Source: an uncultured delta proteobacterium (GTDB lineage Bacteria > Myxococcota_A > Polyangia > Fen-1088). From it: a stretch of DNA of 64,000 bases. How positions within the stretch are numbered: position 1 is the stretch's first letter; every line of letters starts with the position of its first letter. The DNA lies in contig CAWCMR010000014.1 in the NCBI GenBank assembly GCA_963796685.1, positions 1 through 64,000 of the forward strand, read 5' to 3'. This document shows, one piece after another, positions 31,433 to 43,481 of this stretch. The notes under the pieces were generated by a model. The model saw only the letters and a program-made list of their open reading frames with translations, ran no database searches and had not been told where the DNA came from. The translations under genes and the position numbers were made by a program.

Positions 31433-31485
31433 GGGGCTTGCATCGCACACCCTGGGGCACCCTGCAACTGAAGGCAATCTCGATT

Positions 31486-31665
31486 CTATCCCGCGCCCAA
31501 TGATTTCAGAATCTTGAGCGCCAGGGGTTCCTTGACCTCCTGATGTCTCGGCACGGCTTCGATCATGCCCGTACGAGGATTTGTCCACAGGGAGTGGGAG
31601 CCGCCTTCGCGCTTGAGAATGCACCCGGCCAGGCGGAGCCGCTTTTCGAGCTCGCGCCGCTTCAT
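31486..31665 (-). CDS. hicA: HicA family mRNA interferase toxin
   Basis: MKRRELEKRL..GC.LKREGGSH...VPRH.EV..LA.KI; ATGA-coupled to hicB. Confidence 0.9.
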   Translation of the reverse strand: MKRRELEKRLRLAGCILKREGGSHSLWTNPRTGMIEAVPRHQEVKEPLALKILKSLGAG

Positions 31666-31880
31666 CCGACGGCGACGACCGATTGGATGGCGTCGGCTGG
31701 CAAGCCGCGTCGAATATCCTCCAGCCGATCCTGAAAGATGAGCTGGATGGCCTCGCCCAGGCTCGCCTTGGCCGCCTCGACGGTTTCTCCCTGGCCGTTG
31801 GCGCCTGGAACCTCGGGGCAGATCGCCCAAAAGCCGCCCTCGGGCGCCGTCTCGATGATAGCGGTGAACTCGCCTTTCAT
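31662..31880 (-). CDS. hicB: HicB family antitoxin (short, no DNA-binding domain)
   Basis: FTAIIE...GGFWAICPEVPGANGQGETVEAAKASLGEAI. Confidence 0.9.
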   Translation of the reverse strand: MKGEFTAIIETAPEGGFWAICPEVPGANGQGETVEAAKASLGEAIQLIFQDRLEDIRRGLPADAIQSVVAVG

Positions 31881-32038
31881 GACCTAAATCTGCGCTACAC
31901 CGTATCGGCAGTCAAATGAACGGATAGGTCCGTCGATGCCCTGGAAGCCACCACCAGTCGGGAGCTCGCCCACACCTGCGCCATCATGTGCCATCGTTGG
32001 TTGTCGCTGGACGACGATCGCGCGTATCATCCTTTTCC

Positions 32039-33499
32039 ATGAACGGTGGGGGTCAAAGGCCGCCAGGATGGGACGCGGATGCGTCCGAGGGCGACCAATC
32101 GAAGACCACCGTCGATGGCGCGCTCTTGGAAGGAGCCTATCGCGTCTTTCGGGTGGTCGGCGAGGGCGGGATGGGCACCGTGTACGAAGGGCTGCAGCTT
32201 CGTTTGAACAAGCGCGTGGCCATCAAGGTCATGTCGCGCGAGCTTGCCGCCAATCCAGAGGCCTTGGCTCGTTTCCGCCGCGAGGCAGAGGTCACGAGCA
32301 GCATTGGCCACCCCCACATCGTGCACGTCACTGACTTCGGCAGCACCCCGACTGGCGAGCCGTACATGGTCATGGAATTCCTCGACGGCGAGGACCTGGA
32401 GGGGCGCCTTCGCCGGGTCGGACGCCTGCCGACCACGAGCGCGCTCCACGTGGTCAAGCAGGTCGCTTCTGCGCTGACCGCCACCCACGAGCAAGGCATT
32501 GTCCACCGCGACCTCAAGCCTGCGAATATCTATCTGCTGAACGTGGCCGGCGAGGTAGACTTCGTGAAGGTCGTGGACTTTGGCATTTCCAAGGTTCGCG
32601 CCGCAGTCACCAGGCTGACCCAAGCCTCGGTGGTGATGGGTTCGCCGCAGTATATGTCGCCCGAACAAGCCCTGGGACGGGTTGATGAAATCGACCTGCG
32701 CACCGACGAGTGGGCTCTGGCCAGCATCACTTGGGAAATGCTTTCTGGCCGCTGTCCGTTCGCTGGCGAGGACGTGGCTAGTCTGCTGTACCAGGTCGTG
32801 CACGAAAGCCCGCCCGCACTGGCCGCCGCGGTTCCTGGCCTTCACCCCGAAGTCGAAGATGTCCTACGCGTGGCCTTGGCGAAAGACCGCGAGGATCGCT
32901 TCGCAAGCATCGGCGCTTTCACGCGAGCGCTGGAGAGCGCGATCTACGGCTCTATGCCCAACTACGAGCCAACGCCGCCGCCGCAGCCGTTGCCCTTCTC
33001 CAAGGACACGGTCAACTACGGCGCTACCGCAACCCAGACCGATGGTTTGTCGGCCTCGACCCGGTCCAATGCCCCAACACTTGGAAAACGAAAACTTTCA
33101 CTGACGACGTTTTCCCATGCAGTTGGCGAGTTGGCGCAGCGGCTGAGAATTCCGGTTCCACCGACAAACCGGACGATCGCCATTGCGGGCGGCTCGCTGT
33201 TCGTGATTCTGGTTGGCGCGTTCCTGCTCCTTCGCTCGGGTGGTCCCGCCAAAGAAAGCGCCGCCCGACCCGTCCGCATGCCCGCTCCCCACGTCTTGAT
33301 CACACCCACGCCTTCACCACCTGTTGCGCCTGTCCCGGCCGGTTCGCCCCAGGCTCCGGAGACCCGCGCGAAAATCAGACACTCCAAGCGCTCCGTCGAT
33401 CCCTCCGCGATCCCCGCTGGACCATTCGAGAAACCCAAGCCGGTTCCTGCCTCCCGGCGACGCCCGAAGGCGGAGCGCAGAATCATCACGGATATATAG
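32039..33499 (+). CDS. Hanks-type Ser/Thr protein kinase with TM segment
   Basis: GEGGMGTVY, VAIK, HRDLKPANI, DFG, GSPQYMSPEQ; TM near residue 385; Pro-rich tail. Confidence 0.93.
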   Translation: MNGGGQRPPGWDADASEGDQSKTTVDGALLEGAYRVFRVVGEGGMGTVYEGLQLRLNKRVAIKVMSRELAANPEALARFRREAEVTSSIGHPHIVHVTDFGSTPTGEPYMVMEFLDGEDLEGRLRRVGRLPTTSALHVVKQVASALTATHEQGIVHRDLKPANIYLLNVAGEVDFVKVVDFGISKVRAAVTRLTQASVVMGSPQYMSPEQALGRVDEIDLRTDEWALASITWEMLSGRCPFAGEDVASLLYQVVHESPPALAAAVPGLHPEVEDVLRVALAKDREDRFASIGAFTRALESAIYGSMPNYEPTPPPQPLPFSKDTVNYGATATQTDGLSASTRSNAPTLGKRKLSLTTFSHAVGELAQRLRIPVPPTNRTIAIAGGSLFVILVGAFLLLRSGGPAKESAARPVRMPAPHVLITPTPSPPVAPVPAGSPQAPETRAKIRHSKRSVDPSAIPAGPFEKPKPVPASRRRPKAERRIITDI

Positions 33500-33501
33500 C
33501 C

Positions 33502-34497
33502 ATGAACGCAGCCGCTATTCTCATCGCCGCCACGCTGGCCCAGACCTCACCCATGATCGCAGGTCCAGAGGCCAAATCCAAGGCCAAGGCCATGCTCAAT
33601 GAAGGCTCGGCTCTGTATCAGTCGGGGGACTACGCGAGCGCGCTGGAGAAGTTCAAGGAGGCGTACGCCACCTACGCCAGTCCGAAGATCTGGTTCAATA
33701 TCGGCCAGGCCAACCGGGATCTCGGCCGGTTCGACAGCGCCATGACGGCCTTCGAGAAGTTCCTCGTCAGTGCCCGGGACGCCTCGTCTGAGGCCATCGC
33801 CGACGCGCGAAAGGCCGTGGAGGAGCTCAGGCCGAAGCTCGGCCGGGTGCGGATCGAATGCCAGATACCAGGTGCCGAGGTGAATATCGACGGTAAAGTG
33901 GTCGGCAAGGCGCCTTTACTAGACCCGATCTGGGCGATGCCTGGGCGTCACCAGATCACGGCTCTGGCGGCAGGGGCGTCGCCCGAGGTGGAAACCGTCC
34001 ACGTAGCCGCGGGCACCGAAATCCTTGTCGACCTCAAATCGATTTCGTTGCTGAGGGCTGTTCCAGACGAAAGGCCCACTCTGGCTCCCCTCGAACCCGC
34101 ACCGTTCAAAGAGAATCCCTACGAAACCTTCACCGTGACTCAGCCCAAGGTCCACGCGCAGCCGGACGGCTGGTGGCTCGGCCGCAAGTGGACCTGGGTC
34201 GCGGCCGGATCGACGGTCGTCTTTGGCACTACTGCCGCAATTGCCGGCCTCATGATGCAATCGAAGTTCGACAGCCTGCGCAGCTCGTGCGGCCGTGCCA
34301 GCCCAAATCACCTCGGCTGCAGCCAAGGCGAAGTCGATTCCGTCAACTCGCGCAAGAACACCGCGAATGTTTCCTGGGGGCTGACCGCAGCCGCCGCCGT
34401 GACCACGGGAGTGCTCTTTTACCTTGAGGGGCGGCCGGTGACCGTGACTCCGATGGCCGGCGAGGTGAACGGGATGATCGCGCAGGTGAGGTACTGA
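33502..34497 (+). CDS. TPR + PEGA domain exported protein
   Basis: TPR (ALEKFKEAY..FNIGQA..AMTAFEKFL), PEGA (GAEVNIDGKVVGKAP...PGRHQI), two C-terminal hydrophobic helices, terminal beta strands ending in Tyr. Confidence 0.85.
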   Translation: MNAAAILIAATLAQTSPMIAGPEAKSKAKAMLNEGSALYQSGDYASALEKFKEAYATYASPKIWFNIGQANRDLGRFDSAMTAFEKFLVSARDASSEAIADARKAVEELRPKLGRVRIECQIPGAEVNIDGKVVGKAPLLDPIWAMPGRHQITALAAGASPEVETVHVAAGTEILVDLKSISLLRAVPDERPTLAPLEPAPFKENPYETFTVTQPKVHAQPDGWWLGRKWTWVAAGSTVVFGTTAAIAGLMMQSKFDSLRSSCGRASPNHLGCSQGEVDSVNSRKNTANVSWGLTAAAAVTTGVLFYLEGRPVTVTPMAGEVNGMIAQVRY

Positions 34498-34499
34498 CC

Positions 34500-35546
34500 A
34501 TGGAAATGCAATCTCGATTCATCTCGCGCGGTCAGAAAGCCGAAGCATTCCTTCTGGCTGCCGCAGCTATTCTCACAAGCTGCTCGTACGACCCCAATGA
34601 GCTGAAAGGCTATTCTGGGATCGATTCCGGTGCAGACATTGATGGTGCTTCCGGACATTGGGATAGCAGCAGCGATTTTGGGCCAGCGGTGATTGACGGC
34701 CGGTTCGATGCAGCAGGTGATTTGCCCGCGGACGCTGCCGTGGACTCCCAGCGGGATTCACCATTGCCTCCACCGCTGGATGGTACCATGGATGTTCCGA
34801 AGGACATGGTTTCGGACAGCGCCCTCGACGTGAGGCCTGATGCGGCGCCTGACGCTCCCGCGGATGGTGGCAACTTGCTATCGGGCCTGCTGGCCTACTA
34901 CAAGTGCGAAAGTGCTACCGGTACGACCCTGCCAGACTCCTCCGGCAGAGGCAACAACGGGACGTTGGCTGGATCGGGCTACGCCTTCACGGCGGGCAAG
35001 GTAGGGAAGGCACTGGTTCTCGCCAAGGCTAGCCAGGCCTACGTTTCCCTGCCACCGGCGGTGTTTGCGAACGCTGCGGACATCACCATTGCCACGTGGG
35101 TCAACGTCACGACGTCGCAGAATTCGGCAAGGGTGTTTGATGTCGGCATCAATGCCAACCTTCTGGCCGACATCTCAACGGGGACGAAGTACATGAACCT
35201 CGCATGGACCAGCACGAGTAGCGCCGCCTTCGCCATCACGAACAACGGATACAGCAATCAACAGTCGCTGACCGCGTCCACCCCCCCGACTGGTGTATGG
35301 AAGCACCTGGCGGTCGTATTGGCCGCTGGCGCGAGCACTCTGTACGTTGACGGTGTGGCCGCCAGCTCAAGCGCTGCGGTCACGCTGCGTCCCAAGGACC
35401 TGGGGGCCATCGATTACGCATTCGTTGGCAAGTCACAGTTTGGAGCGGATCCTTACTTCGATGGAATGATCGACGAGTTTCGCGTCTACAACCGTGCAAT
35501 GTCTGCCTCGGACATACAGGCCATCTACCAGTTCACTGGGCCATGA
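34500..35546 (+). CDS. LamG/concanavalin-A-like domain lipoprotein
   Basis: LTSC lipobox, Asp-rich linker, DSSGRGNNGTL, TIATWVN, WKHLAVV..LYVDG, FDGMIDEFRVYNRA. Confidence 0.88.
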   Translation: MEMQSRFISRGQKAEAFLLAAAAILTSCSYDPNELKGYSGIDSGADIDGASGHWDSSSDFGPAVIDGRFDAAGDLPADAAVDSQRDSPLPPPLDGTMDVPKDMVSDSALDVRPDAAPDAPADGGNLLSGLLAYYKCESATGTTLPDSSGRGNNGTLAGSGYAFTAGKVGKALVLAKASQAYVSLPPAVFANAADITIATWVNVTTSQNSARVFDVGINANLLADISTGTKYMNLAWTSTSSAAFAITNNGYSNQQSLTASTPPTGVWKHLAVVLAAGASTLYVDGVAASSSAAVTLRPKDLGAIDYAFVGKSQFGADPYFDGMIDEFRVYNRAMSASDIQAIYQFTGP

Positions 35547-35571
35547 CCGCCCGTGGAGGTCGAATGTAACC

Positions 35572-35900
35572 ATGAATGTGGAAATGCTTCGGAGGGGCCA
35601 GCATTCCCTTGTGCGACTTCGACCGATGGCCCGGCTTGACGACGACGCGATGTCTACACTGCCGGATGACGACTGGAGGATAGACACCGTCGATCGGACC
35701 AACGGCCTCGAAATCACACGTGCCAATCGCTGACACTCGGGCTTGATGCGGTAAGTCGCTATGATACTGACCCGGCCAGCGATCGATTCAGGGAAGCCAA
35801 ACACGGGTTTCTTCATCTGCACGCGCAGGTATTCATCAGGAAGGATGGTTTCGCATACATAGAACGGCAGAAGCCTCCGAACATCGGTCATAATTCCTAG
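35572..35900 (+). pseudogene. Frameshifted hypothetical gene (about 109 aa)
   Basis: GGAGG RBS, then MNVEMLRRGQHSLVRLRPMAR..DDDWRI. After a 1-nt shift near 35728 it continues LTLGLDAVSRYDTDP..KHGFLHLHAQVFI to TAG at 35900. Confidence 0.55.
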
Positions 35901-35924
35901 GCTGATCCCTGCGGCCGCGCGGAG

Positions 35925-35953
35925 TTGACTTAGTCCACGATCTAGTCCACCTT
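35925..35953 (+). promoter_or_regulatory. Putative TA promoter/operator
   Basis: TTGACT-17 nt-CACCTT overlapping two TAGTCCAC direct repeats (35931-35938, 35943-35950), immediately before the antitoxin start. Confidence 0.5.
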
Positions 35954-35960
35954 GAAAGGT

Positions 35961-36206
35961 GTGAAGTCAGTCAATGTTCATGAGGCAAAGACGCATTTCT
36001 CCCGGCTGCTGGCCAAGGTCGAGCGGGGAGGGGAGGTTGTCATCGCGCGTGCGGGCAAGCCGGTGGCCAGGCTGGTGGCGATCGAGCTTCCGGCAACCTT
36101 GCCTACCCTGGGCGCAGACGTCGGCGCCTTCGTGGTCCCTGCCGACTTCGACGCGCCCTTGCCCGCCGACCTGCTGGACGCCTTCGAGGGTGGCGCCCGG
36201 CGATGA
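35961..36206 (+). CDS. Phd/YefM family antitoxin
   Basis: VNVHEAKTHFSRLL..VE.G.EVVIARAGKPVARLV. Confidence 0.92.
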   Translation: MKSVNVHEAKTHFSRLLAKVERGGEVVIARAGKPVARLVAIELPATLPTLGADVGAFVVPADFDAPLPADLLDAFEGGARR

Positions 36207-36592
36207 AGCTGCTCATCGATACGCAATGCTGGCTGTGGATGAACGCTAGCCCCGAGAAGTTATCGCGCCGGACTCACGGCCTGCTGATGGAGCCGGGCAC
36301 GGAGCGATGGCTGTCCGTTGCAAGCATCTGGGAGATCGGCATCAAGTACCACCTTGGGAAGCTACCTTTGCCGGTCGCGCCCGCCGACTATGTCCCCTCC
36401 CGCATGGTTCTGACCAAGACCTCGGCGCTGGCGATCATCGGCTCCCACGCCCTGCGCGCCAGCAGCCTGCCGGCATTGCATCGCGACCCCTTCGACAGGA
36501 TGATCGTCGCGCAGGCGCTGGTGGAAGGTGTCCCTGTGCTCAGCTCCGACGCCCAGCTTGACGCCTACGGCATCCGACGCCTGGCCCCGTGA
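36203..36592 (+). CDS. vapC: VapC (PIN domain) toxin
   Basis: LLIDT, SVASIWEI.IK, HRDPFDRMIVAQA, SSD; ATGA overlap with the antitoxin. Confidence 0.92.
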   Translation: MKLLIDTQCWLWMNASPEKLSRRTHGLLMEPGTERWLSVASIWEIGIKYHLGKLPLPVAPADYVPSRMVLTKTSALAIIGSHALRASSLPALHRDPFDRMIVAQALVEGVPVLSSDAQLDAYGIRRLAP

Positions 36593-36623
36593 CCACCAGC
36601 GTGTCGCTGTCGACCGTGCCTGA

Positions 36624-40187
<3,564 letters not shown>

Positions 40188-40246
40188 GGACGGCTGCGCA
40201 GCTTACCAACCTCGGCGGATTCACGTCGCGTTAGAGTGAGTCTTCG

Positions 40247-40275
40247 TTGACCACCCAACGCATGCGGGCTAAGGT
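40247..40275 (+). promoter_or_regulatory. Putative sigma-70 promoter
   Basis: TTGACC-17 nt-TAAGGT upstream of GAGGAGG RBS and ATG 40302. Confidence 0.55.
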
Positions 40276-40301
40276 GGCCACCTGACCGAGGAGGAGCCCA
40301 C

Positions 40302-40697
40302 ATGAAATACGTCTATCGGCTGATGGCGACGGTGTTCGTCTTAGGATTGTTGGCATCCTGCGATGAGAGCGGGAAGCTTCGCGTGGATCGTGTCGAGCCT
40401 CCCGAGGGCATCAGCGCGGGTGGCGATCACGTGAATATCATCGGCGCCGGTTTTCAGCCTGGCAAGACGCAGGCCCGGGTGATGTTCGGCAAGCACGTCT
40501 GCGAGCAGGTGGTCATCTCGTCCACCAACAAGATCAGCGTCGTGACCCCGAACGGCGACAAGGGCCCTGTCGACATCACCATCGACTTCGACAACGGCTC
40601 TCGCTACAAGATTCCGAACGGCTTCCGCTACGTAGAGCCCAAGCAGACGGGCGATATGCGCAAGGCCTTCTTCGGCAAGCCCCAAGAAAAGAAGTAA
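40302..40697 (+). CDS. IPT/TIG domain lipoprotein
   Basis: LASC lipobox; VDRVEPPEG..AGGDHVNIIGAGF..V.FG..ISVVTP..GPVDI..GFRY. Confidence 0.85.
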   Translation: MKYVYRLMATVFVLGLLASCDESGKLRVDRVEPPEGISAGGDHVNIIGAGFQPGKTQARVMFGKHVCEQVVISSTNKISVVTPNGDKGPVDITIDFDNGSRYKIPNGFRYVEPKQTGDMRKAFFGKPQEKK

Positions 40698-40728
40698 CCG
40701 CGAAAGCGGGGTGTACACACGCCGAATG

Positions 40729-40765
40729 CAAACGCCGGTCGGGGATAACCCGAGCCGGCGTTTTT
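40729..40765 (+). terminator. Intrinsic terminator
   Basis: AAACGCCGG-TCGGG / CCCGA-G-CCGGCGTTTTT stem with U tract. A small CCGC-GAAA-GCGG hairpin lies just upstream at 40698-40709. Confidence 0.7.
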
Positions 40766-40906
40766 GCGTCGAAGGGAGGGACGCGGGCGAGGGTGCGGCT
40801 CGGTTATCATTGCCGTCGGCCACGGCCACGGTAAGCCGTCTACGTCCACGACCACCCGTCATCGTTCCGATTGGGTGCGTGTATCCGTCGTGGTAAGGGC
40901 GCGTGC

Positions 40907-42367
40907 CTATTTATACGCGACGCGGAAGAGCTGCTGGCCCATCAGCATCAGGCTGCCAGAGGGAACGATCCGGCTCTCGCGCACGCGTAGGAAGGTCCCA
41001 TTCGACGAGCCGAGATCCTTCAAGTGAACGCGGCCGTCACGCACCGAAAGCTGGCAGTGCGCACCCGAGACATAGCCGTCCTCGGGGAACAAGATGTCTC
41101 CGCGCTCGCGACCCAGCTGGGCCGTCTCGTCGAAGAGCGGGAAGGCTGGCCCGTCGAGATCGCGACCCACCACCACGGATAGCCGTCCCCAGTATCCGGG
41201 GTTGGGCGTGCCGATGATCTCGGTTCCATCCTCGAGCGGGGTCAGGGGATTGATGGCATCGAAACGCAACAGCTCTTGACCGATACGGAAGCAGTCGCCG
41301 GATTCCAGCGACTCTTCTTCGGTAATGCGGACGAAGACGCCGTTGAGGCTGCGGTGATCGCGTACTTCCAGCCCGCCTTCGCTGAGGAAGAACTCGGCGT
41401 GCTTGGGCGACAAGTAGGGGTCGGCATCGAAAAGCGCGCCATGCCCGCGACCGATGATGTTTTCTCCTTCTTGCAGGGCGAACACTCCGCCTTCGGTGCC
41501 GTCGGGGCGGATCAAGGTCAGGTGACCGCGTGGTCCCACCCGTGCGGGCGCGGGCGCGACGGCGTCGGCACGCTGGATGGCGGCTTCGGCGATGGCGCCA
41601 GGCGCGCCTTTCATGCGATGGCCGCAACCACCGCAGAAGGCGAACGCGGATGCCACCTGCTTGCCACAGTTCGGGCAGGCGATGGTCTCGACCGCGGGCG
41701 GGGAAAACGGAGACGCATGATGGGGCGATGGCGCAGTCGGAACCACGGAATGGGGCATCTGCGGGGAGGGTGCCACGGCGGCGGGTTGAACCACCGGCCG
41801 GGGCATTTGCGCGGGCGGGGCCGCGGTGGCAGGCACGGCCGTGACCGGTCTGGGACCGGGGGCGGGAACGGCTGCGGCCGGTGAACCGCCGAATGGGCTC
41901 TGCCGCACTGGAACCTGCATCGGAACCGACCCGATACCTATCTGGACCGATGGCCCGGAGGTCGGCGACCCGGCGGCTGGCATGCGCGGGCTGGTGGAAG
42001 GCGCCCCTGCAGGCGAAGCCGCGGGCTGAGACGCAACCACAGGAGGTGGTGTGGCCATCGGGTCATGCGTCGGGCCAGACCCGGGCGAGGGTGGCAGAAC
42101 CGAGGTCGGCATGATGGTTGGCCCCACGGCGGAGAAGGACTCGGGCGGTGGCGGCACCGCTGTCTTCGCCACGTTGGAGGGCACCGCCACCTTCGCCACG
42201 CTGGGCGCCACCGGGGCGGGCTCGGGCGGGGGCGTGGGCGGGTACATGTCCGGGGGTGGAACGGGCTTGGGCGCTGGTGCGGCCCCGGCTTGGAGCTTGG
42301 CCCCACACCCAAGACAGAACTTGTAGAGATCCTGGTTTTCTTTACCGCAACGAGAACAGGTGATCAC
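40907..42367 (-). CDS. Zinc-ribbon / Pro-rich / double FHA domain protein
   Basis: CSRC..CLGC and CPNC..CGGC ribbons; two FHA domains with GR, SxxH and NG motifs; GTG start with GGAGG. Confidence 0.88.
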   Translation of the reverse strand: MITCSRCGKENQDLYKFCLGCGAKLQAGAAPAPKPVPPPDMYPPTPPPEPAPVAPSVAKVAVPSNVAKTAVPPPPESFSAVGPTIMPTSVLPPSPGSGPTHDPMATPPPVVASQPAASPAGAPSTSPRMPAAGSPTSGPSVQIGIGSVPMQVPVRQSPFGGSPAAAVPAPGPRPVTAVPATAAPPAQMPRPVVQPAAVAPSPQMPHSVVPTAPSPHHASPFSPPAVETIACPNCGKQVASAFAFCGGCGHRMKGAPGAIAEAAIQRADAVAPAPARVGPRGHLTLIRPDGTEGGVFALQEGENIIGRGHGALFDADPYLSPKHAEFFLSEGGLEVRDHRSLNGVFVRITEEESLESGDCFRIGQELLRFDAINPLTPLEDGTEIIGTPNPGYWGRLSVVVGRDLDGPAFPLFDETAQLGRERGDILFPEDGYVSGAHCQLSVRDGRVHLKDLGSSNGTFLRVRESRIVPSGSLMLMGQQLFRVAYK

Positions 42368-42422
42368 GACAGACCCTCCGCGCGAATCGTTGGTGTTGTC
42401 TTTGACATCGAGCGCTTCCTTC

Positions 42423-43364
42423 CTAGGTGATTTCGACGCGGAAGAGCTGCTGCCCGACGAAAACGTAGTCGCCATGCGCGAGCGGAGTCTCGCCGACGAT
42501 GCGCACGAAGGTGCCATTCTTGGAACCCTGGTCGACGATGGTGAAGGCGCCGTCCGGGCCGATGCTGACCTCGGCGTGCCTGCCCGAGATGAAGGGGTCG
42601 TCGGGAAAGTTCACGTCGTTGCCCTCGCGGCCGAGGGTGATGCTGTCGCCGCGGGCACGCACGATGAGACCGATGTCGCCACCGCGCAGGCGCTGGATGA
42701 GGCGCATCTTCGAGGCGCGCTTGGGGCTGGCGTAGAAGTAGGTACCCTCGGCGTCGGGCTGCGGACCGAAGTCCGGCGCCAGGGCCTCGATTTGGAGAAG
42801 CTGCTCGCCCACCAGGAATGCGGCACCCGATTCGAGCCGGGCCGGGCTGTGGATGCGGATGAAGACCCCGTTGGTCGATCCTTCGTCATTCACGAACAGC
42901 TTACCTTCGCGGTACACGAAGTTGGCGTGACGAGGGGAGAGCAGGGGATCGTCGGGGAAAAGGATGGCGCCTTCCGTGCGGCCCACCACGTGATCGTTTC
43001 CGCTCAGCTGGTAGGCCAGGCCGTCGCCGGTATCGGCCTTGACCAGGACCAGCTTCGCCATGCCCGACATCTGGACGCCCGAGAAGAACATGGTTTTCCC
43101 CGCGCCTCCCCCAGCGGGCGCGGGTGCGGGACCGTCCATGCGTGTGCCACACTGGCCACAGAAGCGGTCGGTTTCAGGGACGTGGTTTCCACAGCTTGGA
43201 CAGGTCTTGGTGGGCATGGACTCCTCCGGACGAGAGGCGGGCTGACTCGCGGCTGGCAAAGGGGATGGCGCTGGCTCGCCGAGGGGCACCTCGCAGAGAG
43301 GGCACCGGCTCGCGTCGAGGCCGGTCAGTGCATCGCAGCGGGGACAAACCAAGCCGACGGGCAT
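42423..43364 (-). CDS. Double zinc-ribbon / double FHA domain protein
   Basis: CPRC..CPLC and CPSC..CGQC; VGR..SPRH..STNG and LGR..SGRH..SKNG. Confidence 0.88.
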   Translation of the reverse strand: MPVGLVCPRCDALTGLDASRCPLCEVPLGEPAPSPLPAASQPASRPEESMPTKTCPSCGNHVPETDRFCGQCGTRMDGPAPAPAGGGAGKTMFFSGVQMSGMAKLVLVKADTGDGLAYQLSGNDHVVGRTEGAILFPDDPLLSPRHANFVYREGKLFVNDEGSTNGVFIRIHSPARLESGAAFLVGEQLLQIEALAPDFGPQPDAEGTYFYASPKRASKMRLIQRLRGGDIGLIVRARGDSITLGREGNDVNFPDDPFISGRHAEVSIGPDGAFTIVDQGSKNGTFVRIVGETPLAHGDYVFVGQQLFRVEIT

Positions 43365-43481
43365 ACTAATGACGCAATCTTGCCCTTGTCGCAACGTCTG
43401 TCAAGCACGCAGCTGAACATACATGACATCCTGGCGCAGTTTTTTTCGGCCGCGCCGCTCTCCCGCCTCGTCGGAACACGT

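Noticed and set aside
31473-31485. 13-bp GCAATCTCGATTC repeated at 34508-34520 as a possible att site or target duplication
   Set aside because: The second copy is inside the LamG gene's 5' end rather than at the islet boundary, and no recombinase is present; may be chance.
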